Shown here piece after piece: positions 7,205 to 15,283 of a stretch of DNA of 24,000 nt. A program made the position numbers and the translations under genes. The DNA is from Belnapia rosea (lineage in GTDB: Bacteria > Pseudomonadota > Alphaproteobacteria > Acetobacterales > Acetobacteraceae): contig NZ_FMZX01000021.1 in assembly GCF_900101615.1 (NCBI RefSeq), forward strand, positions 10,336 through 34,335. The letters run 5' to 3'. Under the pieces are notes generated by a model. That model was not told the origin of the DNA and ran no database searches. It saw nothing but the letters and a program-made list of their open reading frames with translations. Each line of letters begins with the position of its first letter. Positions within the stretch are counted from its first letter, which is position 1.

Positions 7205-8705
7205 CTATCTGTATGCCAGCCGCTTTGACGTACCCTGGCGACCACGGTGGCCGACCACGACTGGCCTCGGTCTATCGCAGTCCGGAGAGCAGTAATGGCA
7301 CTGCTTGCAGATCAGCCTACCGCACCGCTCGCAGCTTGCGTTCACCCCAATGACCAGCGGGAAGGTGTTGCAGGCGTAGCCACCCCTCTCGCCCCCGCAG
7401 TTGGCATAGACGGTTCTCACCGTGCCGTCCGCTGTCTTCCCGACCAGAACATGCGGGCCTTGGACGTTGAAATGGACGAAGGAGAGCTCCTGCGCCGCGA
7501 CTCCATCCCCTGCTTTGCCGAGAAGGTCGAACAGGCCCGCGATTGACTCTGTCGAATCGTGCAGACCGCCGCACTGGCTTTCCTCAAGGTCGATGGCGAC
7601 CTCGTACGGGTTGCCTGCACGTCCTTCCTGGACTGCGTACGGGAAAGGACGGCCGGGAGCGGCGGGATGTTCCCGCAGGCGGGGCCTGCTCCGGACCCTC
7701 GTCGACAGCGACCCGAAGATGCTGCCGGGCTTGAGGGGACGTTCGTGACTGCCGAACTCTTCGAAGGTGACCATGTCTCGGAGGAAGCGGATGAACTCCG
7801 AGGGCCTGCCGACCTTCTTGCATCTCTTCATGAATTCGGAGATGGCGAACATGGCGATGGTGGCTTTGGAGTAGCCAGCGCTTTTGACCGTTAACGAAAA
7901 CCGGTCGACGATGCTCTTCTGCTCATCATCCAGCTCTCCGTAGAGAGCGGCCTCTTTTTCTCGGCCGCACGCGATGGCGGCGGCGAGGGTAGTCTCCTGC
8001 CATCCTGCGAAGGTTCGCGCTAGGTCAAATAGCTGCTCGTAATCCGGGGCGACGCCGGGCAGCTCGAACGCCCATGCGGGCAGCTTGTCATCATGAAACT
8101 GGATGGTCACGGCGTGTTCGCGGCCCGGCAGCTCGTTGATTGCCGCCTTGACCTTCTCGATATCGGTGAGCTGAACTACGCCGAGGAAAACTTGGTGTGG
8201 CCTCACCGGCCTCCAATGCTCCGTTGCTACGCCAGCGATGGCGACGTCACGACCAGCGACGCGCTTGAACTCCTTGACGTACGGATGTGGGCATCCCTGT
8301 CCGTACTGCAGGTGGTTCTTTACATCCAGATGGTGACCGTTCGCCACAATGTCGCAGCGTTGCCAAAGGCCGGACGAGCTCTTTAGCTGCGTGAGAGATA
8401 CGTCCTCGGCCGGGCACCCGTACACCTTCGGGATGAACTCTAGGACGAGCCGCTCAGCCATTCGGGCGTATGCCATGCGCTTGATGAGGTTCTTGGCTTT
8501 CTCCGGCTGACTTGGTGGGAGACCCAGGCCGCGCGACCAGATCTCGATCAACCGTTTGTCGTCGTCGCTGATACCGCGAACCGAGGATAATACGTACTCC
8601 CCGGCCTCTTCCGTCACCGAAACTAATTCCTCGGCCCGTGCGGCGTCTTCGACGAGTTCCGGGCGGATCGTGTAAAGGTTGAACTTCTTGAGTGGGGCCG
8701 AATGC
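7205..8705 (-). pseudogene. 3' portion of a ~618-aa gene interrupted by IS66; PD-(D/E)xK-like nuclease motif plus C-terminal Cys-rich zinc-ribbon-like region
   Basis: The minus-strand frame is open from the IS66 junction (8705) to stop TAG at 7205-7207, and is in phase with the 5' fragment at 11294-11657 once the IS and one TSD copy are removed. Motifs: MAERLVLEF ... RCDIVANGHHLDVKN (8315-8359), an E...D...DxK pattern. Also CERCGRLICKQCHYCSPDC (~7277-7335). The ORF track lists only the remnant 7205-8617 (GTG start). Confidence 0.8.
8698..8705. repeat. Left copy of the 8-bp IS66 target-site duplication (CCGAATGC)
   Basis: CCGAATGC lies immediately outside IRL and is identical to 11294-11301 immediately outside IRR. 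Confidence 0.9.
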
Positions 8706-8764
8706 GTAAGCGTCGCGGCGACTGCACATTGCGAAGCGGGCTAGGCTTGTGATCGAAGTCGGTC

Positions 8765-9247
8765 ATGGGCAAGACGCAGATGCCGCTGACCGAGGTTGAG
8801 GACGCTCCTACGATTACTCGTATGAGTGTGCTTGAGAAGCCGGTGGAGGTGATCACCCGCGGCGAGCGGCGGCGGGTTTGGACGGACGCGCAGAAGCGCG
8901 ACATCGTCCTGGAAAGCCTGGAGCCGGGCGGCTCGCCGGTTGCGGTGGCGCGGCGGCACGGCGTTGGCACCGGCCTGCTCTACACTTGGCGTCGGCAGAT
9001 GGTGGAGGGGCAGCTCAAGGCGTTGATGCCCGCGGCGCCGAGCTTCGTGCCGGTCGCCGCGGTGCCTGACGGCGCGGTTGCGGCAGTAGATCCGCCGGTG
9101 CCGGAGGCGCCATGCTCAGCTGCGAGACCCGATGCCGCACCCGCCCCGATCGAGATCGTGCTGCCTGACGGCGTGATGGTACGGGTGAGTGCGGCGGTGG
9201 AGGCGGCGGCGCTGCGCCGGGTGCTGGCCGCGTTGGGGCGGCGATGA
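8765..9247 (+). CDS. tnpA: IS66-family accessory protein TnpA (Orf1)
   Basis: Contains VEVITRGERRRVWTDAQKRDIVLESLEPGGSPVAVARRHGVGTGLLYTWRRQM, the conserved IS66 Orf1 HTH block. ATG 8822 (MSVLEKP...) is an equally plausible start. Confidence 0.85.
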   Translation: MGKTQMPLTEVEDAPTITRMSVLEKPVEVITRGERRRVWTDAQKRDIVLESLEPGGSPVAVARRHGVGTGLLYTWRRQMVEGQLKALMPAAPSFVPVAAVPDGAVAAVDPPVPEAPCSAARPDAAPAPIEIVLPDGVMVRVSAAVEAAALRRVLAALGRR

Positions 9248-9594
9248 TCGCGCCGCCTGCGGGATTGCGGATCTGGCTGGCCTGCGGCGCCACCGACATG
9301 CGCAAAGGGATGACGGGCCTGGCGATGCTGGTGCAGCAGGGCTTGGCTGAGGATCCATTCAGCGGGGCGGTGTACGCCTTTCGTGGCCGCCGAGCCGGGC
9401 TGATCAAGCTGCTCTGGCACGATGGGGTTGGCCTGTGCCTGCTGACCAAGCGGCTGGAACAAGGCCAATTCCCTTGGCCGACGACCGCCACGACAGGATG
9501 CATCGCCTTGTCGACGGCGCAGCTGGCGGCGCTGCTCGATGGCTGCGAGTGGCGCGCTCCGGTGGCGCGCCGCAGGCCGGAACTGGCGGGGTAA
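9244..9594 (+). CDS. tnpB: IS66-family protein TnpB (Orf2)
   Basis: ATGA overlap with the tnpA stop. GLRIWLACGATDMRKGMTGLAMLVQQGLAEDPFSGAVYAFRGRRAGLIKLLWHDGVGLCLLTKRLE is the signature IS66 Orf2 sequence. Confidence 0.92.
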   Translation: MIAPPAGLRIWLACGATDMRKGMTGLAMLVQQGLAEDPFSGAVYAFRGRRAGLIKLLWHDGVGLCLLTKRLEQGQFPWPTTATTGCIALSTAQLAALLDGCEWRAPVARRRPELAG

Positions 9595-9656
9595 CAGCGC
9601 TGCGATTCGGTCTGAAATGGTAGGCCCGACGCGATGGCCTTTGGCATCATCCGGGC

Positions 9657-11228
9657 GTGCAGATCGACCTCGACACGCTGCCCGATGATCCCGCCATCCT
9701 GCAGCAGATGCTGCGGGATGTGGTGCACCAGCACGGCGCGTTGCATGCCGAGAACGACAAGCTGCGGCTGCTGATCCAGCGCCTGCTGCGGCAGCAGTTC
9801 GGTCGCCGATCGGAGCAACTGAGCCCGGACCAGCTGCAGCTCGGGCTCGAGGATCTCGAGCAGAGCGTCGCCGAGAACCAGGCCGGGCAGGACGCGGCGA
9901 AGGCCCAGCAGGGCCGCCGCCCGGCACCAGCCCGGCGCAACCACGGTGCCCTGCCGGAGCATCTGCCGCGCTACGAGGTGCTGGTCGACGTCGAGCGCCG
10001 CGACTGCCCCTGCTGCGGCGGCACGCTGCATGCCATCGGCGAGCTCCGCACCGAGCAGCTCGACATCGTGCCCGCTCAGCTGCGGGTCCGGGTCACCCGC
10101 CGCCCGCGCTACGCCTGCCGGGCCTGCGAGAGCGCGGTGGTGGTGGCGCCCGCGCCGGAGCGGCCGATCGATGGCGGTATGGCGACCGAGGCGCTGATCG
10201 TGCATGTGCTGGTGAGCAAGTTCTGTGACAGCCTGCCGCTCTACCGCCAGGCGCAGATGCTGGCGCGGCAGGGCATCACCCTCGACCGCTCGACGCTCAG
10301 CACCTGGGTCGGCCGGGCCTGCTGGTGGCTGACCCCGCTCTATGACCTGCTGGTCGGCACGGCGCTGTCCGCGGCCAAGCTGTTCGCCGATGACACGACA
10401 TTGCCGGTGCTCGACCCGGGCCGTGGCCGGACCAAGACCGGACGGCTCTGGTGTTACGCGGTCGATGACCGGCCATGGTGCGGCCCAAGCCATCCGGTTG
10501 CGGCCTACGTCTACACCGAGGATCGCAAAGGCACCCGCCCAGCCGGGCATCTTGCAGCATTCCGCGGCGTGCTGCAGGTCGATGGCTACCCTGGGTTCAA
10601 GCGGCTGGCGGGCGATCGCGCCGACGCCTCGGTCGGCCTGGCGTTCTGCTGGGCCCACATGCGGCGGTACTTCTACGAGTTCCACACCTCCACCCAATCG
10701 CCGCTCGCGGCCGAGGTGCTGGCGCAGGTCCAGGCGCTCTACGCGATCGAGGGCCAGATCCGTGGCCATCCCGCCGAACATCGACGACAGGCGCGGCAGG
10801 ACCGCAGTCGACCGATTGTCGAGGCCCTGCATGCCTGGCTGCAGGTCCACCAGGGCCGTGTCTCCGCCGCCTCGGACCTCGCCAAGGCCATCCGCTACGC
10901 CTTGCGGCATTGGCCCGGCCTGACGGTGTTCCTCGACGATGGCCGGGTCGAGATGGACTCGAACGTGGTCGAGCGCGCCATCAGGCCCGTGGCCCTCGGG
11001 CGCAAGAATGCACTGTTCGCCGGGAGCGATGGCGGAGCGCGGCACTGGGCGATGGCCATGACGCTTATCCAAACCGCCAAGCTGAACGGCGTCGACCCGC
11101 AGGCCTGGCTTACCGACGTGCTGGAGCGCGTCGTCTCCGGCCGGACCAAAGCCACCGAGTTGGAAACCCTGTTGCCGTGGAACTGGACGCCCAGTAACTC
11201 GGCCGCGGCACCCGCTGTCGCGGCGTAG
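9657..11228 (+). CDS. tnpC: IS66-family transposase TnpC
   Basis: 523 aa, GTG start. N-terminal leucine-zipper-like region (LRLLIQRLLRQQFGRRSE), a zinc-finger-like CPCCGG...CRACE, and a DDE core with blocks LFADDTTLPVL, LQVDGYPGF and CWAHMRRYF. Confidence 0.92.
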   Translation: MQIDLDTLPDDPAILQQMLRDVVHQHGALHAENDKLRLLIQRLLRQQFGRRSEQLSPDQLQLGLEDLEQSVAENQAGQDAAKAQQGRRPAPARRNHGALPEHLPRYEVLVDVERRDCPCCGGTLHAIGELRTEQLDIVPAQLRVRVTRRPRYACRACESAVVVAPAPERPIDGGMATEALIVHVLVSKFCDSLPLYRQAQMLARQGITLDRSTLSTWVGRACWWLTPLYDLLVGTALSAAKLFADDTTLPVLDPGRGRTKTGRLWCYAVDDRPWCGPSHPVAAYVYTEDRKGTRPAGHLAAFRGVLQVDGYPGFKRLAGDRADASVGLAFCWAHMRRYFYEFHTSTQSPLAAEVLAQVQALYAIEGQIRGHPAEHRRQARQDRSRPIVEALHAWLQVHQGRVSAASDLAKAIRYALRHWPGLTVFLDDGRVEMDSNVVERAIRPVALGRKNALFAGSDGGARHWAMAMTLIQTAKLNGVDPQAWLTDVLERVVSGRTKATELETLLPWNWTPSNSAAAPAVAA

Positions 11229-11293
11229 CCGCCGAGCTCAACCAGCCCCCACCGTCAATGCAACTCTGCCCATGCCGCCGCCGCGACGCTTAC

Positions 11294-11301
11294 CCGAATG
11301 C
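11294..11301. repeat. Right copy of the 8-bp IS66 target-site duplication (CCGAATGC)
   Basis: Identical to 8698-8705 and directly abuts IRR. Confidence 0.9.
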
Positions 11302-11657
11302 GACAGGGCGCCGTGGTACGGCTCCGCATGGGAGTCCCTGATGGCCATAAAGGCTTCGACCTTTCCAACGAGGTCGCGGAGAAGGGCCTCATCCCTGCAG
11401 TAGCGATGGTGCCAGAGTGCCTTTTCTTCGGCCCAGGTAAGGCGCTCCAAGTGTTCCGCATGGAGGTTCGCCGCCACAACGCGGCGCTTTCTCCCTGCGG
11501 TGAACATTTTGACGTCGGTGACCTTCACGAGGATTGCTTGGCTCTCCTCGTTCAGGAGGAGGTCGTAGCGCTCGTCCGGCTTCGGCTGAGGAACGTCGGA
11601 GGTGGGTGGCGGATTCCACAGCAGTTCCCTCAGCCTGTCGAGCAACGCCCCAATCAT
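11294..11657 (-). pseudogene. 5' portion (first ~121 codons) of the IS66-interrupted ~618-aa gene
   Basis: ATG at 11657-11655 (MIGALLDRLRELLW...), reading to ...GALSHS at the IS66 junction. The ORF-track entry 11238-11657 continues into IRR as a chimeric tail (GKRRGGGMGRVALTVGAG). Confidence 0.75.
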
Positions 11658-11692
11658 TCGATACTCGCCCCTACGGCCTTAATCCTGCTCGA

Positions 11693-11709
11693 AAGAGGCC
11701 CAGCCTCTT
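11693..11709 (-). terminator. Short hairpin between the recombinase and the disrupted gene (weak terminator candidate)
   Basis: AAGAGGC (11693-11699) and GCCTCTT (11703-11709) form a 7-bp stem with a 3-nt loop. It lies ~67 nt downstream of the recombinase stop, with only a short T run after it on the minus strand. Confidence 0.25.
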
Positions 11710-11775
11710 GATGAACTTGCCCCCGACCTTGGAGCAGTTGGAGTGAGAAAATTTGTTCGTGGTGGTCCGTTTCGC

Positions 11776-12552
11776 TTAGGATGATGCGAGCCTCCGCTCT
11801 ATGTCAGGACCCCGGCCCGTATCTATCACGCGCTTAACCTGCATCGGGTGCCAGGCCAGCCCACCGGCCGGCGCTGGCACGCCGCGCGCGGTGAGCGCCA
11901 TAGCGAGCTCGCGCAATGTCTTCGCGCCTGCACGTCGCGCGGCTTCGACATAAGGCAGAACATCGGCAGCGCGGGCGCGCGACATTTGCTGTTTTACCGC
12001 CGCCGCTGCGCGCGCTTGGTCGGGCGTACCTGCGCGCAGGCGCGGGTTACCGAGCACAACGCCCCGCGTTTTCGCCATGCCCAGCGCCGCGCGCGTCCGC
12101 TGGCTGATCAGCCCGGCTTCAAGCTCGGCGACGGCAGCCATTTGCGTGACGAGAAATTTGCCCACTGGGCCAGGTGGCACCATCGGCAAATCGCAGAACA
12201 CCACGCCTCCTTCACCGCTTCCCTCTACGACTCCAAGGAGGAAGCGCGCATTGCGTGCGAGGCGATCTAACTTGGCGATCAGCAGCGTCGCGCGCTGCGC
12301 GCGGCAGGCGGCGAGCGCCGCGGCGAGCTGCGGCCGGTCGTTCCTTTTGCCGCTCTCGACCTCTTGGAACTCCGCAATCACCTCGCCCCCGCCGGCGACG
12401 TGCCGGGCCACTGCCTCGCGTTGGGCGTCGAGACCGAGGCCAGAACGCCCCTGACGCTCGGTGCTCACGCGGTAGTAGGCGACAAAGCGCGACGTAAGAT
12501 CCGGACTGGACGGCGCGGGCCGCTGGACAGGCGTTGCAGTCGTCGTGCGCAC
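11776..12552 (-). CDS. Serine recombinase (resolvase/invertase family)
   Basis: 258 aa, GTG start 6 nt after the KAP stop. Catalytic-Ser block FVAYYRVSTERQGRSGLGLDAQ (~12451-12480 for AYYRVSTERQ). Also EVESGKRNDRPQL, LLIAKLDRLARNARF and LISQRTRAAL, and a C-terminal HTH-like TLRELAMALTARGV. Confidence 0.9.
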   Translation of the reverse strand: MRTTTATPVQRPAPSSPDLTSRFVAYYRVSTERQGRSGLGLDAQREAVARHVAGGGEVIAEFQEVESGKRNDRPQLAAALAACRAQRATLLIAKLDRLARNARFLLGVVEGSGEGGVVFCDLPMVPPGPVGKFLVTQMAAVAELEAGLISQRTRAALGMAKTRGVVLGNPRLRAGTPDQARAAAAVKQQMSRARAADVLPYVEAARRAGAKTLRELAMALTARGVPAPAGGLAWHPMQVKRVIDTGRGPDIERRLASS

Positions 12553-12558
12553 GCCCGC

Positions 12559-14745
12559 TTACTCTGCCCGAAGCCACGCCGGCACGGGCAGAAGCGCTTC
12601 TTCGGCTCCTCGCTCGACGAACGTGTCGCGCAACTTGCGCAAGTCCTCCAGCATCCGGAACTGGAGCGGCGTAGCGGTCGCCGCGTCCCACACTAGGCCG
12701 AGCGCCCCAGATGTCAGAAAGGCCTCGGGAACAGCGGTCGCGCGCAGGGCAATGTCGCCGCGCAGCGCAAACCAGAGCAAGTCCAACAGGCGCCTAGCAT
12801 TCTCCTGCACCGCCGGCCGACTCGGCGCCTCTACCAGCACGGCCGCCGCTCCGCGGACGGCCGACGCTCGCCAGAGTGGCCCATTAGGATCGAGGAGCGC
12901 CGTCCGGTCCAGATCGGAGCCGTCCATGCGCAGCAGCTCCTCTACCCCGCCTCTTTGCTCAAGGCGGGCCAGCGCCTCTGTACCGTCCGGGGCAAGGCGG
13001 GTCCGCAAAGTGGCGCGCAGGCGGCTCTCACCGCCCGTTACGCGCTGTAGAATCCCCTCTGCGCTTTCGACTGCCTCAATGTAAACGCGCTGCTGCGCGC
13101 CGGCGGAGTCGGCCCATTTCGAGAGGAGGGTGAGCTCCCGTGCTCGGGCCTCGGCATCCGCCGTGTTGCGCGCATAGCGTTCCCACTGGCTGGCCGCGGA
13201 CAGTAGCGCCGGGAACGCGATGGCCCGCACGTCTTCTGGCGGGAGGCTGGGGAGTCCGTCATCGGCCAATGTGCCCAAGAGGGCCAGGCTTGTCCCGGCC
13301 TCGGCAAGGAGCTTGGCATGCTCGGAGGCAAGCATGGTGTCGGCGGCAATGCCGAGCGCGCTGCTGTAGCCAGTGCACAGCGCGAGGATCAAGGTTACTG
13401 CCAAGCCTCGTGCGGTGACGCCCCTCTGGGTGGCCTGCTGCCCAACCCATTCGGCAATGCCTTCCGCAGATGTGCCTTCGCGGAAGAGCTGGAGGACGTT
13501 ATCGTGGTCAGCCCAAGTGGCACCTTCCGACGCTTCGGTCAAAAGCCGCACCGTGCGGTAGACCCTACCAGAGTCACTGATACCAACGTCCTGCAGCCAG
13601 ACGCCGCATAACTGCAAGATGTTGTCGGTAGACATGCCTACGCGAGGGATTGCGTACCGATCAAGCAATCCCGAGACGCGCTCGCGCTCCTTCTGCTCGC
13701 CCTTTTCCTTATCCATCAAGCGTTCAAGTTGACGGTTACGGCGTGTGATGCCGTCGGAGCCGAAGGCGTTGAAAGTGTCCTCGACGTAGGCGTGGAAGAA
13801 CGCCTCGTCCACCTCGCGCAGGAGGGATGCGCAGATGGCGGACCGCCAGTCGAGCTCGTCTTGGCGGTGTCGGCGCGCCTCTTCCTCCATCAGCGACAGA
13901 CCGCGCGCCAGAGCTTTGAGTTGCCGCGGATTGGGCGGCAGCACCTCTTCGAGGCCGGCCGCCGCGCCGTGCGGCACAAAGGGGCACGCGCGCGCTGTCT
14001 CGGCCTCGAACAGACGGCGCCGTTCGGCTAGACCGATTGCCGGGAGCCGGACGCGGAAGTCAAGAATCTTGTCAAGGAAGCGCCGCCCATCGCCCCAAGC
14101 CTTATTATACTCCTGGAGCGACGCAGCTACGACATCCTCATCGAACGGCAGCAGGAAGGAGTAGCCCGGCAGGTCGAGAACGTCGCGCAGCGCGAGGAGC
14201 AGGCCGGGCAGCAAACGCGGATCGGCGCGGTCGAGGTCGTCCAGAATCACCACCACGCGCCGATCCGGTCCGAGCGCCGCACGCACCTCTTTCAAATGCC
14301 CAGGGCCGATCTCTAAAAATTTCGTCGCGGCCGACTGGATCGCCTGGGTAGCTTTGCTGGCCTTCGCAGCTTCGGCCAAACGCCTTGCCGCATCACGGCC
14401 GGTGACAAACGCCCTGAGTCTTGTCGTCGCTTGCGGCTCAATCTTGCGCGCGTCAGCCGCTTTCAGGACGGCCGACGCTAAGCCAGCCCAGAGATCTTCG
14501 GCCGTAGCCGACGCGGTGGGCGCGAACCATGCCACCAAGTGGCCGTCGCCTTCGACGAGGGCTTTTGTCCATCCAGCAACAGTGGACTTGCCCTCCCCCC
14601 AGTCGCCGAGCAGTCCGACCCGGACGGACCAGTCGGCCGGTGTCCCGGTTAGCAGGCGGTGCAATCGCCGGGCCACGTGCCGACGTTCGAGGAGGTCGTC
14701 AGCGGCGTCGTCCAATGCCGCGTCGTAGCCACCCATTGCCGTCAT
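12559..14745 (-). CDS. KAP-family P-loop NTPase
   Basis: 728 aa. Walker A VGLLGDWGEGKST (~14586-14609) and Walker B VVVILDDLDRADP (~14224-14256), followed by LLALRDVLDLPGYSFLLPFD, the classic KAP pattern. No hydrophobic insertion between Walker A and B. No obvious SD upstream of the ATG. Confidence 0.88.
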   Translation of the reverse strand: MTAMGGYDAALDDAADDLLERRHVARRLHRLLTGTPADWSVRVGLLGDWGEGKSTVAGWTKALVEGDGHLVAWFAPTASATAEDLWAGLASAVLKAADARKIEPQATTRLRAFVTGRDAARRLAEAAKASKATQAIQSAATKFLEIGPGHLKEVRAALGPDRRVVVILDDLDRADPRLLPGLLLALRDVLDLPGYSFLLPFDEDVVAASLQEYNKAWGDGRRFLDKILDFRVRLPAIGLAERRRLFEAETARACPFVPHGAAAGLEEVLPPNPRQLKALARGLSLMEEEARRHRQDELDWRSAICASLLREVDEAFFHAYVEDTFNAFGSDGITRRNRQLERLMDKEKGEQKERERVSGLLDRYAIPRVGMSTDNILQLCGVWLQDVGISDSGRVYRTVRLLTEASEGATWADHDNVLQLFREGTSAEGIAEWVGQQATQRGVTARGLAVTLILALCTGYSSALGIAADTMLASEHAKLLAEAGTSLALLGTLADDGLPSLPPEDVRAIAFPALLSAASQWERYARNTADAEARARELTLLSKWADSAGAQQRVYIEAVESAEGILQRVTGGESRLRATLRTRLAPDGTEALARLEQRGGVEELLRMDGSDLDRTALLDPNGPLWRASAVRGAAAVLVEAPSRPAVQENARRLLDLLWFALRGDIALRATAVPEAFLTSGALGLVWDAATATPLQFRMLEDLRKLRDTFVERGAEEALLPVPAWLRAE

Positions 14746-14747
14746 GG

Positions 14748-14808
14748 GACAAAATTCTTAGTTTGGTCGAGCATCGTCCATACGATGCCTTCAATCATGA
14801 ATTTTGTC
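14748..14808. promoter_or_regulatory. Nested inverted repeats abutting the KAP start codon
   Basis: The outer perfect 10-bp IR is GACAAAATTC (14748-14757) with GAATTTTGTC (14799-14808). The nearly concentric inner 7-bp IR is GCATCGT (14771-14777) with ACGATGC (14782-14788). The outer arm ends 2 nt from the KAP ATG (14745-14743, minus strand). Confidence 0.45.
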
Positions 14809-14826
14809 ACGGATCCAAACGAGCGT

Positions 14827-14855
14827 TTGACGGTCCGTGACAACGCAACGATAGT
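14827..14855 (+). promoter_or_regulatory. Candidate sigma70-type promoter of the HTH-dynamin operon
   Basis: TTGACG (14827-14832), a 17-nt spacer, then GATAGT (14850-14855). It lies in the AT-rich divergent intergenic region, ~125 nt upstream of ATG 14983. Confidence 0.4.
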
Positions 14856-14863
14856 CTCTCAAG

Positions 14864-14881
14864 CCATATTCTCCATATTCT
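14864..14881 (+). repeat. Tandem 9-bp direct repeat (CCATATTCT x2), candidate operator just downstream of the putative -10
   Basis: CCATATTCT at 14864-14872 and again at 14873-14881. A third CATATT half-site in inverted orientation (AATATG) lies at 14897-14902. ATACGT recurs at 14926-14931 and 14936-14941, 10 bp apart. Confidence 0.5.
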
Positions 14882-14982
14882 CACGAATTAAGTAGCAATA
14901 TGCGTCTGGTGCATTTTTACTTTTAATACGTTTCGATACGTGTGAGGGTGTCGGCAGGGCGACGGGATCAAAGGAGGCATCG

Positions 14983-15279
14983 ATGGACACCCACCACGGG
15001 CGCAAGCGGGCATCACAGCGTGGCTACACTGGCGACCTGATCAAACTCATCCGCAGCTACGGCACCTTCGAAGGTGACCGCCAGATTCTGGACCGGCACG
15101 AGATTGCCGCCTGTTTGGAAGCCGTCGCCCGCTTCAGGGCAAAACTCCTGAAGCTGCTCGACAAAGGTGGAGGCATTGCCGTGTTCCGCGAGGACGACGC
15201 TCTAATTACAGTGTTCAGCCCAGACACCTATCGACGTCCGCGCCGAAGCCAACGTGCTCGCCGCCTGCGTCTGGCTTGA
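14983..15279 (+). CDS. Small protein, DUF4258-like (RelE/BrnT-superfamily toxin-like)
   Basis: 98 aa. Strong SD AAGGAGG (14971-14977), 5 nt before the ATG. HGRKRASQRGYTGDLIKLIRSYG near the N-terminus and GGIAVFREDDALITVFSP near the C-terminus resemble the DUF4258 pattern (H..R...RGI...v....G ... vvv....viTvy). The C-terminal tail is basic. Confidence 0.65.
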   Translation: MDTHHGRKRASQRGYTGDLIKLIRSYGTFEGDRQILDRHEIAACLEAVARFRAKLLKLLDKGGGIAVFREDDALITVFSPDTYRRPRRSQRARRLRLA

Positions 15280-15283
15280 GACG

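Larger units (their letters stand above)
8706..11293 (+). mobile_element. IS66-family insertion sequence (tnpA-tnpB-tnpC), intact, with 8-bp target duplication
   Basis: The termini start with the IS66-type GTAAGCG. GTAAGCGTCGCGGCG at 8706-8720 equals the reverse complement of 11279-11293 (15/15). Three-ORF organisation typical of IS66. Length 2588 bp. Perfect 8-bp direct repeats flank it. Confidence 0.93.

Noticed and set aside
8623-8970. 115-aa minus-strand ORF spanning the IS66 left end
   Set aside because: It crosses the IS boundary and is antisense to tnpA. It is also in a different frame from the reconstructed host gene.
9015-11072. 685-aa minus-strand ORF inside the IS66 element
   Set aside because: Antisense to tnpB/tnpC, which have unmistakable IS66 signatures. 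The composition is Arg/Gly/Pro/Ala-biased with no motifs.
11238-11293. C-terminal tail of the 139-aa ORF 11238-11657
   Set aside because: This tail (GKRRGGGMGRVALTVGAG) is translated from the IS66 right inverted repeat. It is a chimeric read-through created by the insertion, not native coding sequence.
14659-14895. 78-aa plus-strand ORF overlapping the KAP start and the divergent intergenic region
   Set aside because: It overlaps the KAP N-terminus in antisense and covers the promoter and repeat region. No SD and no motifs.
15254-15283. GTG 15254 as the start of the HTH-dynamin gene (ORF-track start)
   Set aside because: It would overlap the upstream ORF by 26 nt and add a hydrophobic decapeptide before the HTH. 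ATG 15284, 4 nt after the upstream stop, places the HTH at the usual distance from the N-terminus.
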